From positions 1-59,918 of IMG/VR virus record IMGVR_UViG_3300031825_000013: DNA of 59,918 nt. The stretch is one strand, 5' to 3'. Made by a program: the position numbers and the translations under genes. The notes below the pieces were generated by a model that ran no database searches, was not told the origin of the DNA, and saw only the letters and a list, made by a program, of their open reading frames with translations. Source of the stretch: a virus. Taxonomy: Duplodnaviria; Caudoviricetes. Below, one piece after another: positions 38,301 to 47,388 of this stretch (position 1 is its first letter; each line of letters begins with the position of its first letter).

Positions 38301-41300
38301 TGCTCACGGGTTCCTCCCGCATGGTGGACGAGGCAGAAGCGAGGGGGCAGGGGCCGCTATTCTCGCGCGCCGAGCCCGTATCGCTAGGCGAGTTCTGGCA
38401 GGACTACGCCAGCGGAGACACCGCATTCCAGTACGGGAAGAGCGATTCCTCCGACATCGAGCAGATCGCCAAGGACTACCAGGCCGACTCAAGCAAATGG
38501 CGAGTTGAGAAGACCCAACGCAGTCAGAGGGTCCCCGGCTCGTTTGACCCCGAAATGGTCGAGATCATCAACATTGACGCCAAGGACGGGGATGGCAGGT
38601 TTCGGCCCTTCTTGGAAGTTCATCCCGATCCTGCTGGCGATCCGAACGCGGTGTTCATTCGCATCAACGAAACCGGCTCCTGGCCCAAGAGAATGGATGG
38701 GGCGCTCGCCTACCAGATGGCGATGGCTTGGACGGCAAACAACGGGCTGAAGCTCAACCCGGACACCGACCTGCTGCCGGTAAACCGCCTGCGTAGGACC
38801 GAAGCGATGATCTCCGCCATGCTCAAGTACGGGGAGAAGGCGGGGCAGATTCGCCCGCATCATGAGCAGTACGTCGGACTGTTGGACGAGGCTGACTGGA
38901 ACAGCATCCAGAAAGGCGGGGTGGACGGCTACTCGGCCACGTTCCCGGCCGGCGTCAAAAAGACGCTCGAACGGCTTCGGGATGCCTTGTGGGTAGACCC
39001 CGAGAAGGGGGCCACAAAGGCGGAGAAAAGTGACATTTTCCGTAGAAATCTTGAGGGGCTTCTGATAGCCTCAAGTGAACTGGCCCGCCGTCGCGTGCCG
39101 GCTCTCAATGAGTTGAAGGTCAACGATGCTGGCGAGATTGAAAACACGGTTACAGGCGAACGCTCAAATCTGCGGCGAACTGCGGACATGGGGGTTCTGG
39201 GCCTACCTGCCTCCGCGCTGGAAAGAGGCGTTGGCCGCACTACGGGACTCCGCGTGGTTGCTACGCTTTCGATCCAACGCGGATTTCATCCAACAGCATC
39301 CGACATACTGGGCGCACCGAGCGGCAAGCAACGCCTACCCGACGCCGAAGGCGGGGATGGTGTTCTGGCTCAAGGTCTTGGAGGGCGCCTTCAGGTTGAC
39401 CCTAGTCAGGCTCGGGTACTTGCCGCCGCGCTAGGCGAAAAGGCGCTCTACAGCCGAGAGGCTCCGCGCGAGTTCCGCCGCACTCTCGCTATGGAATCCG
39501 GCATCGCCGTCAAGGAGGCGCAAGCCGTCCTTGATTCCCTCGGAGTCGAGGGTGAAGCAGTAGAGTCCCCCGACGACCTTCCCAAGAATCTCCTCCGGCA
39601 GATCGAGAGCAAGGGTGCCAAGGGCGACGTGCGCGGGGTGTTCGATCCCTCGACGGGGAAAATCTACGTCATCGCCAGCCGGGTCGAAAACCGCGACCTA
39701 GCTGCGTTTGTGGCGCTGCATGAGAGCGCGCACCGAGGACTTCGGAGGCTCTTCGGGGTGGAGCTTGATCCAACCCTGCGCGACATCTACAACACGAATT
39801 CCAACGTCAAGACGAAGGCGAACGTGCTTCGCTCCAAGCACGATTTGTCCATCGAGGAGGCGACCGAGGAAGTCATCGCCGACCTCGCCAAGAGGGGCCA
39901 GGCGCAGAAACTCGTCGGGTGGGACAAGTTCGTCGCGTTCATCAAGAAGTGGCTCGCCAATCGAGGGTTCAAGGTCGAGTGGACGGACACGATGGTCGAA
40001 GTCCTCGCGGGGGCGGCTGCGGAGGTTGGCAAGAAAGGCCCGACCGTGTTCACCGGGGAGGATGCGAAACGGCTCAACCTCGGCGCCACGAAAGAGAAGG
40101 ATGCAGAGGACGGGCCGCGCCTGTCCCGTGGTCGGCCCAAGTGGGTAGAAAACGGCTCCGCAGAACTCAAGTCGGCCGCGTCGAAGATCGACACCTACGC
40201 GCCGAACAAGTCGTTCAAGGAAAAATTCGCCGAGCTGCAAAAGAACTGGGCCGACCGCGCCATCCAGGAGGTCTTTGACCCGTACATCGCGCTCAAGAAG
40301 CTCACGCCCAACGGGTACATCCTGGCGCGGATGGTGAAGTCGGCAGACACCTCGCTCGAGGCCGCGCTGCGCTTCGGGAAGCCGAGACTCGCCGATGATG
40401 GCTCCATTGTCGGGGACCTGGACATGAAGGGCTTCCTCGGCCACATGAGCGAGTTGAACGGGGAGCATGACCGCTTCTTCATGTGGGTGGCCGGGAACCG
40501 CTCCGAAAGGCTGATGCTTGAGGGCAGGGAACACCTGTTCTCGGCCGACGAGATCAAGGCCATGAAGAACCTGATCCGCGAGCAGGGACCGAACGACAAG
40601 TGGAAGGGCGCCGGCTCTAGGCCGCAAGCCTACGCGAAGGCTGCGGAAGCGCTCCGGGCGTACAACCGCGCGTTCATGGACATTGCCGAAAAAACCGGCG
40701 AGATCAACCACGAGTCTCGCGTTCTGTGGGAGCACGACTTCTACATCCCGTTCTTCCGCGTCGACGAGGACATGACGATTCAGGGTCCGTCCCGTGTGAA
40801 AGGGCTTGTGCGGAACGAAGTCTTGAAGAAGCTCAAGGGCGGCACCGAGCCCCTCGGGGACTTGCTCGACAACACCATCCGCAACTGGCAGCACGTCCTT
40901 TCCGCGTCTCTGGCGAACCAGGCGGCCAAGACCGCGCTCAACGCCGCTGTTGATGCGGGAATCGCGGTAGAGGCTGACGAGGCCACGGCGAAGCAACTGG
41001 AGAAGGCCGGGAAGCCGACCGCTGGAGCCACCTACGTCATGGACGATGGCGAGCGGCATTGGTACACCGTGGGCGACCCGTTCGTCCTGGAGGCTATCTC
41101 CGCGCTCGAGACCCCCTCGATCAACTGGGCGGGGATGAAGCTGCTGCGCCAGGCCAAGCGCGTCTTGACGACCGGGGTTACAGCCGCTCCGCCGTTCCGC
41201 ATCCGCAACCTGATTCGGGACTCCTCCACGGCTGTCGCGCAGAATCAGATGTCCTACAACCTCGTCAAGAACGTGTGGGAGGGCTACAAGCACACCAACC

Positions 41301-42667
41301 CCGAAAGCGCCACCTACGCGCAGGCCATGTTCGGGGGCGGGATCATCCGCTTCGGAAACATCGACGATGGCAAGCATGCCGAACACGCGAAGCGCCTGAT
41401 CCTCGATGGCGTCGAAGATCGCACCATCCTCGACACCCCCACGAAGGTACGGGACGCCCTGAGCAAGTGGTGGGACGTGTACCAGGAGAACGGGGACCGC
41501 TTCGAGAACGTCAACCGGATGTCGCTGATCGAGCAGCGCAAGGCTGCTGGCGCGACGAATCTGGAAGCCATGTTTGCCGGCCGCGACTCGATGGACTTCA
41601 CGCTCATGGGCGCCAACAAGGGCATCCGCTTCCTCGCGCAAGTCGTTCCGTTCCTAAACGCCCGATTGCAGGGCCTCTATAAAACGGGCCGCGCAGTGCG
41701 CGAAGATCCGAAGCGGATCGGCTACGTCACTGGCGCCCTAACGCTCGCCTCCATCGCGCTCATGCTCGCCTACAGGGACGATGACGAGTGGAAGAAAAGA
41801 GCCGACTGGGACCGCGACACGTACTTCTGGTTCAAGATTGGCGATGTCGCATTCCGCATCCCGAAGGGCTTTGAGTTGGGCGGGCTGGCGACACTCGCGG
41901 AGCGCGGCCTTGAGCTACTGATTTCCGACGAGATGAACGGCAAGCGGTTCGCAGAGAGGCTGTGGTACTTCGTCGGGAACACGCTCTCCCTCAACCCCAT
42001 CCCGCAGCTTGCGAAGCCGATGGTGGACCTGTACGCCAACACGGACAGCTTCACCGGCCGGCAGATCGAAACCCGCGGCATGGAGAACCAATCCAAACCC
42101 GAGCGAGTCTCTCGTCGCACGACTCTTGTTGCGAAGACCCTGGGCAAAGCGGGGAACGTGACGCAGCTCTCCCCCGTGCAAATCGATCACCTGATCCAAG
42201 CCTACTTCGGGTGGCTCGGAACCCACGCCGCCATGACGGTTGATGTGATGGCGGAGCCGTTCCTCGAGGTGCCGAAACCGGCCCGCAAGATCGGTGACGT
42301 GTTCGTGGTCGGGGACTTCGTGAAAGACCTGCCATCGAGCCAGAGCCGCTACGTCGAGGACTTCTACAAGCAGGCGAAGAAGGTTCACGAGGTCATGGGC
42401 GACTTGAAGCAAGCCCGCGACACCCGTGACGCTGCCAAGGTGCAGCAGATCCTTGAGGACAAGCGCGACGAGGTATCGCTCCGATCCTTGTATTCCAGCG
42501 CCGAGCGGACCATGACCGACATCAACCGCAAGATTCGCGTGATCGAGCGGTCGACCGCTTCTTCCGACGAGAAGCGGGCGCGTATCGACGAGTTGAATGA
42601 GCGGAAGAACCGGCTCGCGGCGGTTATTGCGCGCCGAACGCGAGAGCGGAAAGCTGCAACGCAATAA
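35366..42667 (+). CDS. Giant (2433 aa) polyvalent ejection protein with zincin-like HExxH and LPD38-like C-terminus
   Basis: ALHESAHRGL...EEVIA; VPFLNARLQGL, FRIPKGFELG, SPVQIDHLIQAYFGWLG. Confidence 0.8.
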   Translation: MADDYEVRGWDDEVETRGWDDEPEGGLLASAKQTIGSTIKGVGRAASDYIPGVSADNPVTRYGQEIVDANPTAVHSLSDIAEKPGTAITEAVGNAAPPMAGMVGARALGMGITAAAPFTGPLAPAVAAVGQGIAWLGPPAIAALPSYSGIRDKQILNDPANEADAKAKAVAALGAGAVGLIENKFGPQEWALSAMTKEGRAQLAKKFAAATLTGSIAKGGARGAIVEGSEELVQNPIEQAAAFDNPLTPENLRDTAFSGAMGAIGGGVLGGGAGASFRASQAPAPKPIEQVAAEVMQSPDLDSAINAAEAAINAPVPAVGQPTPEVSTSEQAPEVGTIAPNVGMPELSAPTTAYSEPVGAPITGEPVIVGGVDYGRMADMTEKQLEAISRLARGGNREAAAAELERRAATVNQEEPRADQVPQDVGLAAPAVAPDQEPAPVDVAPVPAAVEAPIPAAVAAPAPVSEAAPVGTSPGDQLPNGFRVGPQQGEKFRVGQVAAMGGGVQLEKRLPAGTVASFFVKKDGTLFEPSVNRAEDRSAIWVPETAERGKQAESILNEMGALALTDPRRAEAKARLKALVTSAPVVEKAAIVAGNATVAPAQPNRTGPNALSGDYLGQIVDAGNNAEATNERAVEVPERTADTAAGPTDADGVPQGPEAAVPGAEEEGTAQAQGPVAFKDFTAPKAIKNADGKVIVRKDEVRTFKTEKQAQAYSKSNALKGYVPRETSDGWVLSKSDREQNDFATRMAEQRAQEDALGARLSEMSGEEIEAEYQSIKTANDAVERAAIKKFLGPKKLAEYDAITGRRRKDAWLEKNITNDAQDYMNERMQPEAFAEQFRGAAGAFDETSPKALGESIAVLSKDVDKPGFMASPKGVTFKAALRYAMEQGWSMDDVLSGMRARASRWAGDDAQELFSRLFKRSDGKPPVIAKQPRAEIQPGQAALTVQSESEIRADEALAKKSADEKAKRDNAPSADGFVLTGSSRMVDEAEARGQGPLFSRAEPVSLGEFWQDYASGDTAFQYGKSDSSDIEQIAKDYQADSSKWRVEKTQRSQRVPGSFDPEMVEIINIDAKDGDGRFRPFLEVHPDPAGDPNAVFIRINETGSWPKRMDGALAYQMAMAWTANNGLKLNPDTDLLPVNRLRRTEAMISAMLKYGEKAGQIRPHHEQYVGLLDEADWNSIQKGGVDGYSATFPAGVKKTLERLRDALWVDPEKGATKAEKSDIFRRNLEGLLIASSELARRRVPALNELKVNDAGEIENTVTGERSNLRRTADMGVLGLPASALERGVGRTTGLRVVATLSIQRGFHPTASDILGAPSGKQRLPDAEGGDGVLAQGLGGRLQVDPSQARVLAAALGEKALYSREAPREFRRTLAMESGIAVKEAQAVLDSLGVEGEAVESPDDLPKNLLRQIESKGAKGDVRGVFDPSTGKIYVIASRVENRDLAAFVALHESAHRGLRRLFGVELDPTLRDIYNTNSNVKTKANVLRSKHDLSIEEATEEVIADLAKRGQAQKLVGWDKFVAFIKKWLANRGFKVEWTDTMVEVLAGAAAEVGKKGPTVFTGEDAKRLNLGATKEKDAEDGPRLSRGRPKWVENGSAELKSAASKIDTYAPNKSFKEKFAELQKNWADRAIQEVFDPYIALKKLTPNGYILARMVKSADTSLEAALRFGKPRLADDGSIVGDLDMKGFLGHMSELNGEHDRFFMWVAGNRSERLMLEGREHLFSADEIKAMKNLIREQGPNDKWKGAGSRPQAYAKAAEALRAYNRAFMDIAEKTGEINHESRVLWEHDFYIPFFRVDEDMTIQGPSRVKGLVRNEVLKKLKGGTEPLGDLLDNTIRNWQHVLSASLANQAAKTALNAAVDAGIAVEADEATAKQLEKAGKPTAGATYVMDDGERHWYTVGDPFVLEAISALETPSINWAGMKLLRQAKRVLTTGVTAAPPFRIRNLIRDSSTAVAQNQMSYNLVKNVWEGYKHTNPESATYAQAMFGGGIIRFGNIDDGKHAEHAKRLILDGVEDRTILDTPTKVRDALSKWWDVYQENGDRFENVNRMSLIEQRKAAGATNLEAMFAGRDSMDFTLMGANKGIRFLAQVVPFLNARLQGLYKTGRAVREDPKRIGYVTGALTLASIALMLAYRDDDEWKKRADWDRDTYFWFKIGDVAFRIPKGFELGGLATLAERGLELLISDEMNGKRFAERLWYFVGNTLSLNPIPQLAKPMVDLYANTDSFTGRQIETRGMENQSKPERVSRRTTLVAKTLGKAGNVTQLSPVQIDHLIQAYFGWLGTHAAMTVDVMAEPFLEVPKPARKIGDVFVVGDFVKDLPSSQSRYVEDFYKQAKKVHEVMGDLKQARDTRDAAKVQQILEDKRDEVSLRSLYSSAERTMTDINRKIRVIERSTASSDEKRARIDELNERKNRLAAVIARRTRERKAATQ

Positions 42668-42794
42668 GCACCAGGGTCACGATAATCAGTAGACCCCCTG
42701 CGGCCCGCAGCCAGCCGTAATGGGCCTTACGCAGCATCCAGAACGCCGCCAGCCCGAATAGGATTGCCCAGATTCCCTGGTCCATTCGCGGCAT
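42624..42794 (-). CDS. Small two-TM membrane protein (possible exclusion factor)
   Basis: GGGAG RBS; two hydrophobic helices; convergent with the giant gene. Confidence 0.5.
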   Translation of the reverse strand: MPRMDQGIWAILFGLAAFWMLRKAHYGWLRAAGGLLIIVTLVLIALQLSALAFGAQ

Positions 42795-42835
42795 TCTACT
42801 CCCCCGCCTGTCTTCGTCTACCCGAGGAATCTCCC

Positions 42836-42862
42836 GCGCCCCGAAAGGGGCGCTTCTCTTTT
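42836..42862 (+). terminator. Intrinsic terminator
   Basis: GCGCCCC-GAAA-GGGGCGC-TTCTCTTTT. Confidence 0.7.
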
Positions 42863-42874
42863 CAGAGGCCCCCC

Positions 42875-43072
42875 ATGGACCTGATCTTTGACGACAGCGT
42901 TGGGAGAGCCCCGGAGAGGGGAAGTCTTGAGGAAGACGTTCTCCTGGCCTGTTCGGCGGAGGACCGTGAGTTGTGGGATCGGCTCTGTGCGATCCCGAGA
43001 AGCGAGATCGAGCAAGCCGTAGCGAATCTCCGGCGCCTTGGCTGGCGCTTCCATTGGGAAACCCTCCACTAA
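42875..43072 (+). CDS. Hypothetical protein
   Basis: GAGG RBS. Confidence 0.5.
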   Translation: MDLIFDDSVGRAPERGSLEEDVLLACSAEDRELWDRLCAIPRSEIEQAVANLRRLGWRFHWETLH

Positions 43073-43080
43073 GGGCATCC

Positions 43081-43542
43081 ATGACAGTCGCACTCGTTCT
43101 ACCTGACAGGATCATCACTGACTCGAGATTGGTGTGGGGAAGGAATCACACCGTCGGGAAAATCTTCCGCTGCCCCAACGGGTCGCTCTTCGTAACCGCT
43201 GGGTCCGGAAGGCTCACCTACAGCTTCGAGAAGGCCATGACCGCCGGCGAAGAGCCGGAGGGGCGGGAGGTGAATGAGGGGGAGGAATTCGAGGGCGCCC
43301 TGCTGCGTCCCGATGGGGCGATCGTGCTGTACGACGAAGACTTCACCCCCTCAAAGGTCAGTGAGTCGTGGGCCACCATCGGTAGCGGCGGAGACGTAGC
43401 AAGGTCGTGGTTCATGCACCGGGACGAATACCACCTGACCGCCGAGGAATGCGTCGCCCGGGTCTTCGAGGTCCGGGATGACTGCGGCCCTCCCGTTGTG
43501 ACCGTGATGCTGCACGAAGCCAAGCGCCGGAGGAGATCCTGA
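43081..43542 (+). CDS. Ntn-hydrolase (HslV/proteasome-beta-like) protein
   Basis: Thr after Met, DSR, KIF, AGSG and ATIGSGG motifs. Confidence 0.65.
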   Translation: MTVALVLPDRIITDSRLVWGRNHTVGKIFRCPNGSLFVTAGSGRLTYSFEKAMTAGEEPEGREVNEGEEFEGALLRPDGAIVLYDEDFTPSKVSESWATIGSGGDVARSWFMHRDEYHLTAEECVARVFEVRDDCGPPVVTVMLHEAKRRRRS

Positions 43543-44849
43543 TGCCCCGCCAAGAGATAACCGCCGATCAAGTCCGGAAGGTGCTTGAAAGGGCATGGAA
43601 GCACGGGCTCAATACCTTCCACATCGGACAGCCCAAGAAAGGGGAGAAGGGCCGAGCCTCGGTACTGTCCATTGCCGGGGCCATGAAGATTCCCCCCGCG
43701 ACTCTTTCCACCTACCTCTACTCCCACGCGAGGCGTTTGGGGTGGGACATCCACAACCCCGAGACGTGGAAGTCCGAGTTCCAGCCCATCGACGTGAAGG
43801 AGCGAATTCGCTACGCGACGACGATCAAGAAGCTCCAGGCTGAAATTAACTCGATGGCGAAAGCGGCCAATGACTCCGACGATTTCAGGAGCGCCATCTT
43901 CGATCTATCGAGTCAACCACTTGACTCCGTGGACATCCCAACCCCGAAGGGCAAGAGCCAAGTCCCCTCGATCCCCGTCCTCTTCACCTCTGACCTGCAA
44001 TGGGGGGAGGTCATTCGCAAGGAACAACTGGACGGGATCAACGAGTTCAACCTCAAAGTAGCCAGGGACAGGTACAAGCTCCTGATCCAGAAGACGATCG
44101 ACATTTGCACCAACCACACCGGGGGTCCGAAGTCCAAGGTCTTCGTGTTCCTCCGTGGCGGAGACATGGTAAGCGGCGACATCCACCAAGAGCTGCGGGA
44201 GACCAACGCAGCCGGGAGTGTTGGGCAGGTCGTTGACCTGGTGGAGCATGAAGCCTCCGGCATCCGGGCGATTCGTGAAGCGGGGTATTCCGTGGTCGTC
44301 ATTACCGTCCCGGGAAACCACGGCCGGCAGACCATCAAGCCTCAGTCCAAGGGCTACACCGAGGCCAACTACGACACCCTGAGCGCGTGGATGCTCGAGC
44401 GCGAGTTCAAAGCTGACCCGGAAGTTACCTTCCACACTCCCGCTTCTGGAGATGCGCTGTTCAAAATCTACGGCTGGCAATTCTGCATGACCCACGGCGA
44501 CCGGATCGGGTCTCGGGGAGGGCAGGGCTTCATCGGAGCCGCAGCCACGATCGCCCGCGGCATGAAGCGCGTCTATGAGTATTACGGGAAGCTCGGGACC
44601 CACCTGGACTACATCCTCACCGGGCACTTCCACTCAGCCATGGAGCTCGAATGGGGCTTTGCGAACGGAAGTCTTCCCGGCATGAGTGAGTACGCCCGAG
44701 ACTTCCGAGCCACCCCGGCCAGACCCTCCCAACTGCTGTTCTTCGTTCACCCCCATACCGGGGTCACAAGCCGCTGGCCGATCTACCTGGCCCCCCCGAT
44801 GAAGCTCGGGGCCTCGAGCAAGGCGTTCGAGTTCCTGGGGGCGGCATGA
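43542..44849 (+). CDS. Calcineurin-like metallophosphoesterase with N-terminal HTH-like segment
   Basis: SDLQ, GGDMVSG, GNHGR, HGD, GHFH. Confidence 0.85.
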   Translation: MPRQEITADQVRKVLERAWKHGLNTFHIGQPKKGEKGRASVLSIAGAMKIPPATLSTYLYSHARRLGWDIHNPETWKSEFQPIDVKERIRYATTIKKLQAEINSMAKAANDSDDFRSAIFDLSSQPLDSVDIPTPKGKSQVPSIPVLFTSDLQWGEVIRKEQLDGINEFNLKVARDRYKLLIQKTIDICTNHTGGPKSKVFVFLRGGDMVSGDIHQELRETNAAGSVGQVVDLVEHEASGIRAIREAGYSVVVITVPGNHGRQTIKPQSKGYTEANYDTLSAWMLEREFKADPEVTFHTPASGDALFKIYGWQFCMTHGDRIGSRGGQGFIGAAATIARGMKRVYEYYGKLGTHLDYILTGHFHSAMELEWGFANGSLPGMSEYARDFRATPARPSQLLFFVHPHTGVTSRWPIYLAPPMKLGASSKAFEFLGAA

Positions 44850-45181
44850 GCCTTGTCTACCTAGCTTCCCCCTATTCCCACCCCGACCCCGAGGTCAAGG
44901 CGGAGAGATTCCGGCTCGCCTGTGCTGCGGCCGGCCGGTTGATGCGGGAAGGCGAGTGTGTCTTCTCGCCGATCGCTCACAGCCACCCCATCGAACAGCA
45001 CTTCGACGACGGCATCATCGAGGGGCACGACTTCTGGCTCAAACAGGACTTCGCCGTCCTTCGGCATTGCTCCAAACTCATCATCCTGGCCTTGGACGGC
45101 TGGGAGCAAAGCCGCGGGGTCGCCGCCGAGATCGAGTTCGCGCAAAGCCTCAAGATCCCCCTGGAGTACATCCAGCCATGA
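44846..45181 (+). CDS. DUF1937/nucleoside 2-deoxyribosyltransferase-like protein
   Basis: YLASPYSH, FSPIAHSH, GWEQSRGVAAEIEFA. Confidence 0.8.
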   Translation: MSLVYLASPYSHPDPEVKAERFRLACAAAGRLMREGECVFSPIAHSHPIEQHFDDGIIEGHDFWLKQDFAVLRHCSKLIILALDGWEQSRGVAAEIEFAQSLKIPLEYIQP

Positions 45182-45203
45182 AACTCCACCAGCGGAGGAA
45201 GTC

Positions 45204-45503
45204 TTGAGCCTGCCAACTGACGCTGCCAAACGGAAAGCCGTGCCGTTAGCCACCGGTCTCCTCGATTACTTTCCGGACGCCCTGGCGGCGGTAGCCGAGT
45301 GCAGCCGCGTCGGGAACGAGCAGCACAACCCCGGCAAGCCCCTACATTGGGACCGGTCTAAGTCGGGAGACGAATCCGACGCGCTGATCCGGCACTTCAT
45401 GGAGCGCGGCACGGTGGATGAGGACGGCATCCGGCACTCAGCAAAGGTCGCCTGGCGCAGCCTCGCGTTGCTCCAGAAGGAGATCGAGGCGGCTACCGAA
45501 TAG
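45204..45503 (+). CDS. dATP/dGTP diphosphohydrolase-like (DUF5664-type) protein
   Basis: TTG start after GGAGG; YFPDALAAVA...GNEQHNPG...ALIRH...HSAKVAWR. Confidence 0.7.
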   Translation: MSLPTDAAKRKAVPLATGLLDYFPDALAAVAECSRVGNEQHNPGKPLHWDRSKSGDESDALIRHFMERGTVDEDGIRHSAKVAWRSLALLQKEIEAATE

Positions 45504-45723
45504 CGGCCCTGTATCTCTCCCATCGCTCTATCATCGCATCAGCCAAGGCTCTGCGATCCTCTACACTCCACACATCATCCTTTTCCCCGTACAGGGACGC
45601 CACTATGGGTTCGTCTGGGGTGACGGATGCCTCGGGGTGAGTGTTGTCATAGCCTGACGATATACTCAAGTCTGCGCCTATCCCCACGAAGTTCCCTGCT
45701 AGAAGGTCTGCAAGCGATTCCAT
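45493..45723 (-). CDS. Hypothetical protein
   Basis: GGAGG RBS; convergent ORF. Confidence 0.55.
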   Translation of the reverse strand: MESLADLLAGNFVGIGADLSISSGYDNTHPEASVTPDEPIVASLYGEKDDVWSVEDRRALADAMIERWERYRAAIR

Positions 45724-45748
45724 TTGTCCTCCAGAACGATCGTTCTGT

Positions 45749-45901
45749 GTACCCCATCCGTACCCCAAACGAACGATTCTCACTCTATGTAGTGGTGCCC
45801 AGAAGAGGACTCGTCCGCACCCTATAGCTTTACAAGCCCATAGCGGAATGGGCCGATTTAGTTCATAGTTTGTCGCCCTGCGTATCCCCGCCCGTACCCC
45901 C
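45749..45901. other. attP: core matching a tRNA 3' end (probably tRNA-Leu) with arm-type repeats
   Basis: 45793-45813 on the minus strand reads CGAGTCCTCTTCTGGGCACCA; GTACCCC-like repeats at 45749, 45760, 45882 and 45894; directly upstream of the integrase. Confidence 0.8.
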
Positions 45902-45904
45902 GTC

Positions 45905-46939
45905 ATGGCGACTTTTGAATTTAGGCGCGGCAAGTGGCGGGCTAAGATTGTCCGTCGCCCGCTCGGGATCAATGAATCCGCGACCTTCCCCACGAAGGCC
46001 CAAGCGACCGCATGGGCGACTACCCGCGAGGCCGAGATACTAGCAGGCTCACGCGGACTCCCAACCAAGCACACGGTAGCAGACGCCATAGACGAGTTTA
46101 TCCGGCGAGTCGTTGATAAACGTAAGGGGGCTAGGTGGGAGAAGATCAGGCTGGAGAAGTTCAAGCGTGACAGTCCTAAGCTATGCGCCAAGCCTCTATC
46201 GAGGCTCACAAGCGACGATATGGCGAAGTGGAGGGATCACAGGCTGTCAGATGTTTCGCCTTCGTCTGTGGCCCGCGAAATGAATCTATGGGGGGCGCTA
46301 TTCAGTATCGCGGTCAGGGAGTGGAAGTGGATCAATGTAAATCCTGCCCGGGGTGTCAGGAGACCATCGGAACCCGCGCCACGGCGTAGAGGAGTAACGC
46401 CAGAGGAGATTGCCGTCATTGTCAAAAATCTGAATGGTCCAGTAGGCGGGATCGTCGCGTTGGCATTTCTTCTCTCCCTCGAAACCGCCATGCGGGCTGG
46501 TGAAATCCTCGGGCTTACCTGGGACCATGTAGACCTCCAGAATCGGACGGTTACGCTACCGAAAACGAAGAATGGGGATTCACGGCAGGTTCCCCTATCG
46601 ACGGCGGCACACAACATCCTGTCCGATATGCTTGCCTCGCAAAAGGCAACAATCCGCATAGCGGATAAAGATGCCGTTCTCGGAGTTCTTGACCGCTGTT
46701 TCACAGTCACAGGGCCGACGCTCGATGTTCTGTTCCGCCGCGCTCGGGATGCTGCCGTCAAGGATTGCCCCTCCTGCGCTACCGTCAGGTTCCACGATGC
46801 GAGGTCCGAAGCCATCACTAGGCTGTCGCGTAAGTTGGACATTCTGGAGCTTGCGCGTGTCGTCGGCCATCGTCAGATTTCCTCCCTCATGCTTTACTAC
46901 AACAAGTCGGCTGCGGAGATTGCGAAGAAGCTGGATTAG
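45905..46939 (+). CDS. int: Tyrosine integrase
   Basis: ETAMRAGEI, TKNG, FHDARSE, VVGH, YY catalytic motifs. Confidence 0.93.
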   Translation: MATFEFRRGKWRAKIVRRPLGINESATFPTKAQATAWATTREAEILAGSRGLPTKHTVADAIDEFIRRVVDKRKGARWEKIRLEKFKRDSPKLCAKPLSRLTSDDMAKWRDHRLSDVSPSSVAREMNLWGALFSIAVREWKWINVNPARGVRRPSEPAPRRRGVTPEEIAVIVKNLNGPVGGIVALAFLLSLETAMRAGEILGLTWDHVDLQNRTVTLPKTKNGDSRQVPLSTAAHNILSDMLASQKATIRIADKDAVLGVLDRCFTVTGPTLDVLFRRARDAAVKDCPSCATVRFHDARSEAITRLSRKLDILELARVVGHRQISSLMLYYNKSAAEIAKKLD

Positions 46940-47121
46940 GCGGCTTCACGTTGACGTAACCATTCAGCCACTTCTTCCGCCACCCATCTAGGATGCGCCC
47001 CCTCGTAATAGTATCTACGCTTGGGGAAACCCGGTTGGGAAACGATCTTCCAGGCTGCGGTTAGTCCTACCCGAGCCTGTTCCGCGATATCGTCAATAGC
47101 CCAATAGACGGTCATGTTCAT
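46936..47121 (-). CDS. Excisionase/AlpA-like protein
   Basis: 61 aa, PGFPK...PRWVAEEVAEWL; convergent with int. Confidence 0.7.
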   Translation of the reverse strand: MNMTVYWAIDDIAEQARVGLTAAWKIVSQPGFPKRRYYYEGAHPRWVAEEVAEWLRQREAA

Positions 47122-47360
47122 AGCTTCGGCGGTTCCGGCTTCGTGATGGGGCCGGCCCACATCGAGCCGTCCCAATCTTCCGACGACACCGGATCGGCGT
47201 AGTCCATGAACGGAACCCACGCCTCAAGGCCGCCGGATTTCGGCGTAACCTCCACTGCGTACACCTTTCCGTTGCACGGCCATTCATCCTCCGGCTGCCA
47301 CACCCAGTAGAGGCCGGGCTTCGTCGGCCTGTCGGCGGTCCATTTCACGTTGTCGTTCAT
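47118..47360 (-). CDS. Hypothetical protein (PTKPGLYW...WAGPI type)
   Basis: Coupled ORF. Confidence 0.65.
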   Translation of the reverse strand: MNDNVKWTADRPTKPGLYWVWQPEDEWPCNGKVYAVEVTPKSGGLEAWVPFMDYADPVSSEDWDGSMWAGPITKPEPPKL

Positions 47361-47388
47361 CGCTCCCCCTCACTCGATGGCGTGGCGG

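Noticed and set aside
14532-41641. Long antisense ORFs (14532..16046, 18325..20580, 21652..23001, 27342..29390, 39698..41641)
   Set aside because: Expected mirror frames of GC3-rich genes; the sense frames carry the conserved motifs
45793-45813. Phage tRNA gene
   Set aside because: Only the 3' 21 nt are present, with no D or anticodon arm; interpreted as the attP core
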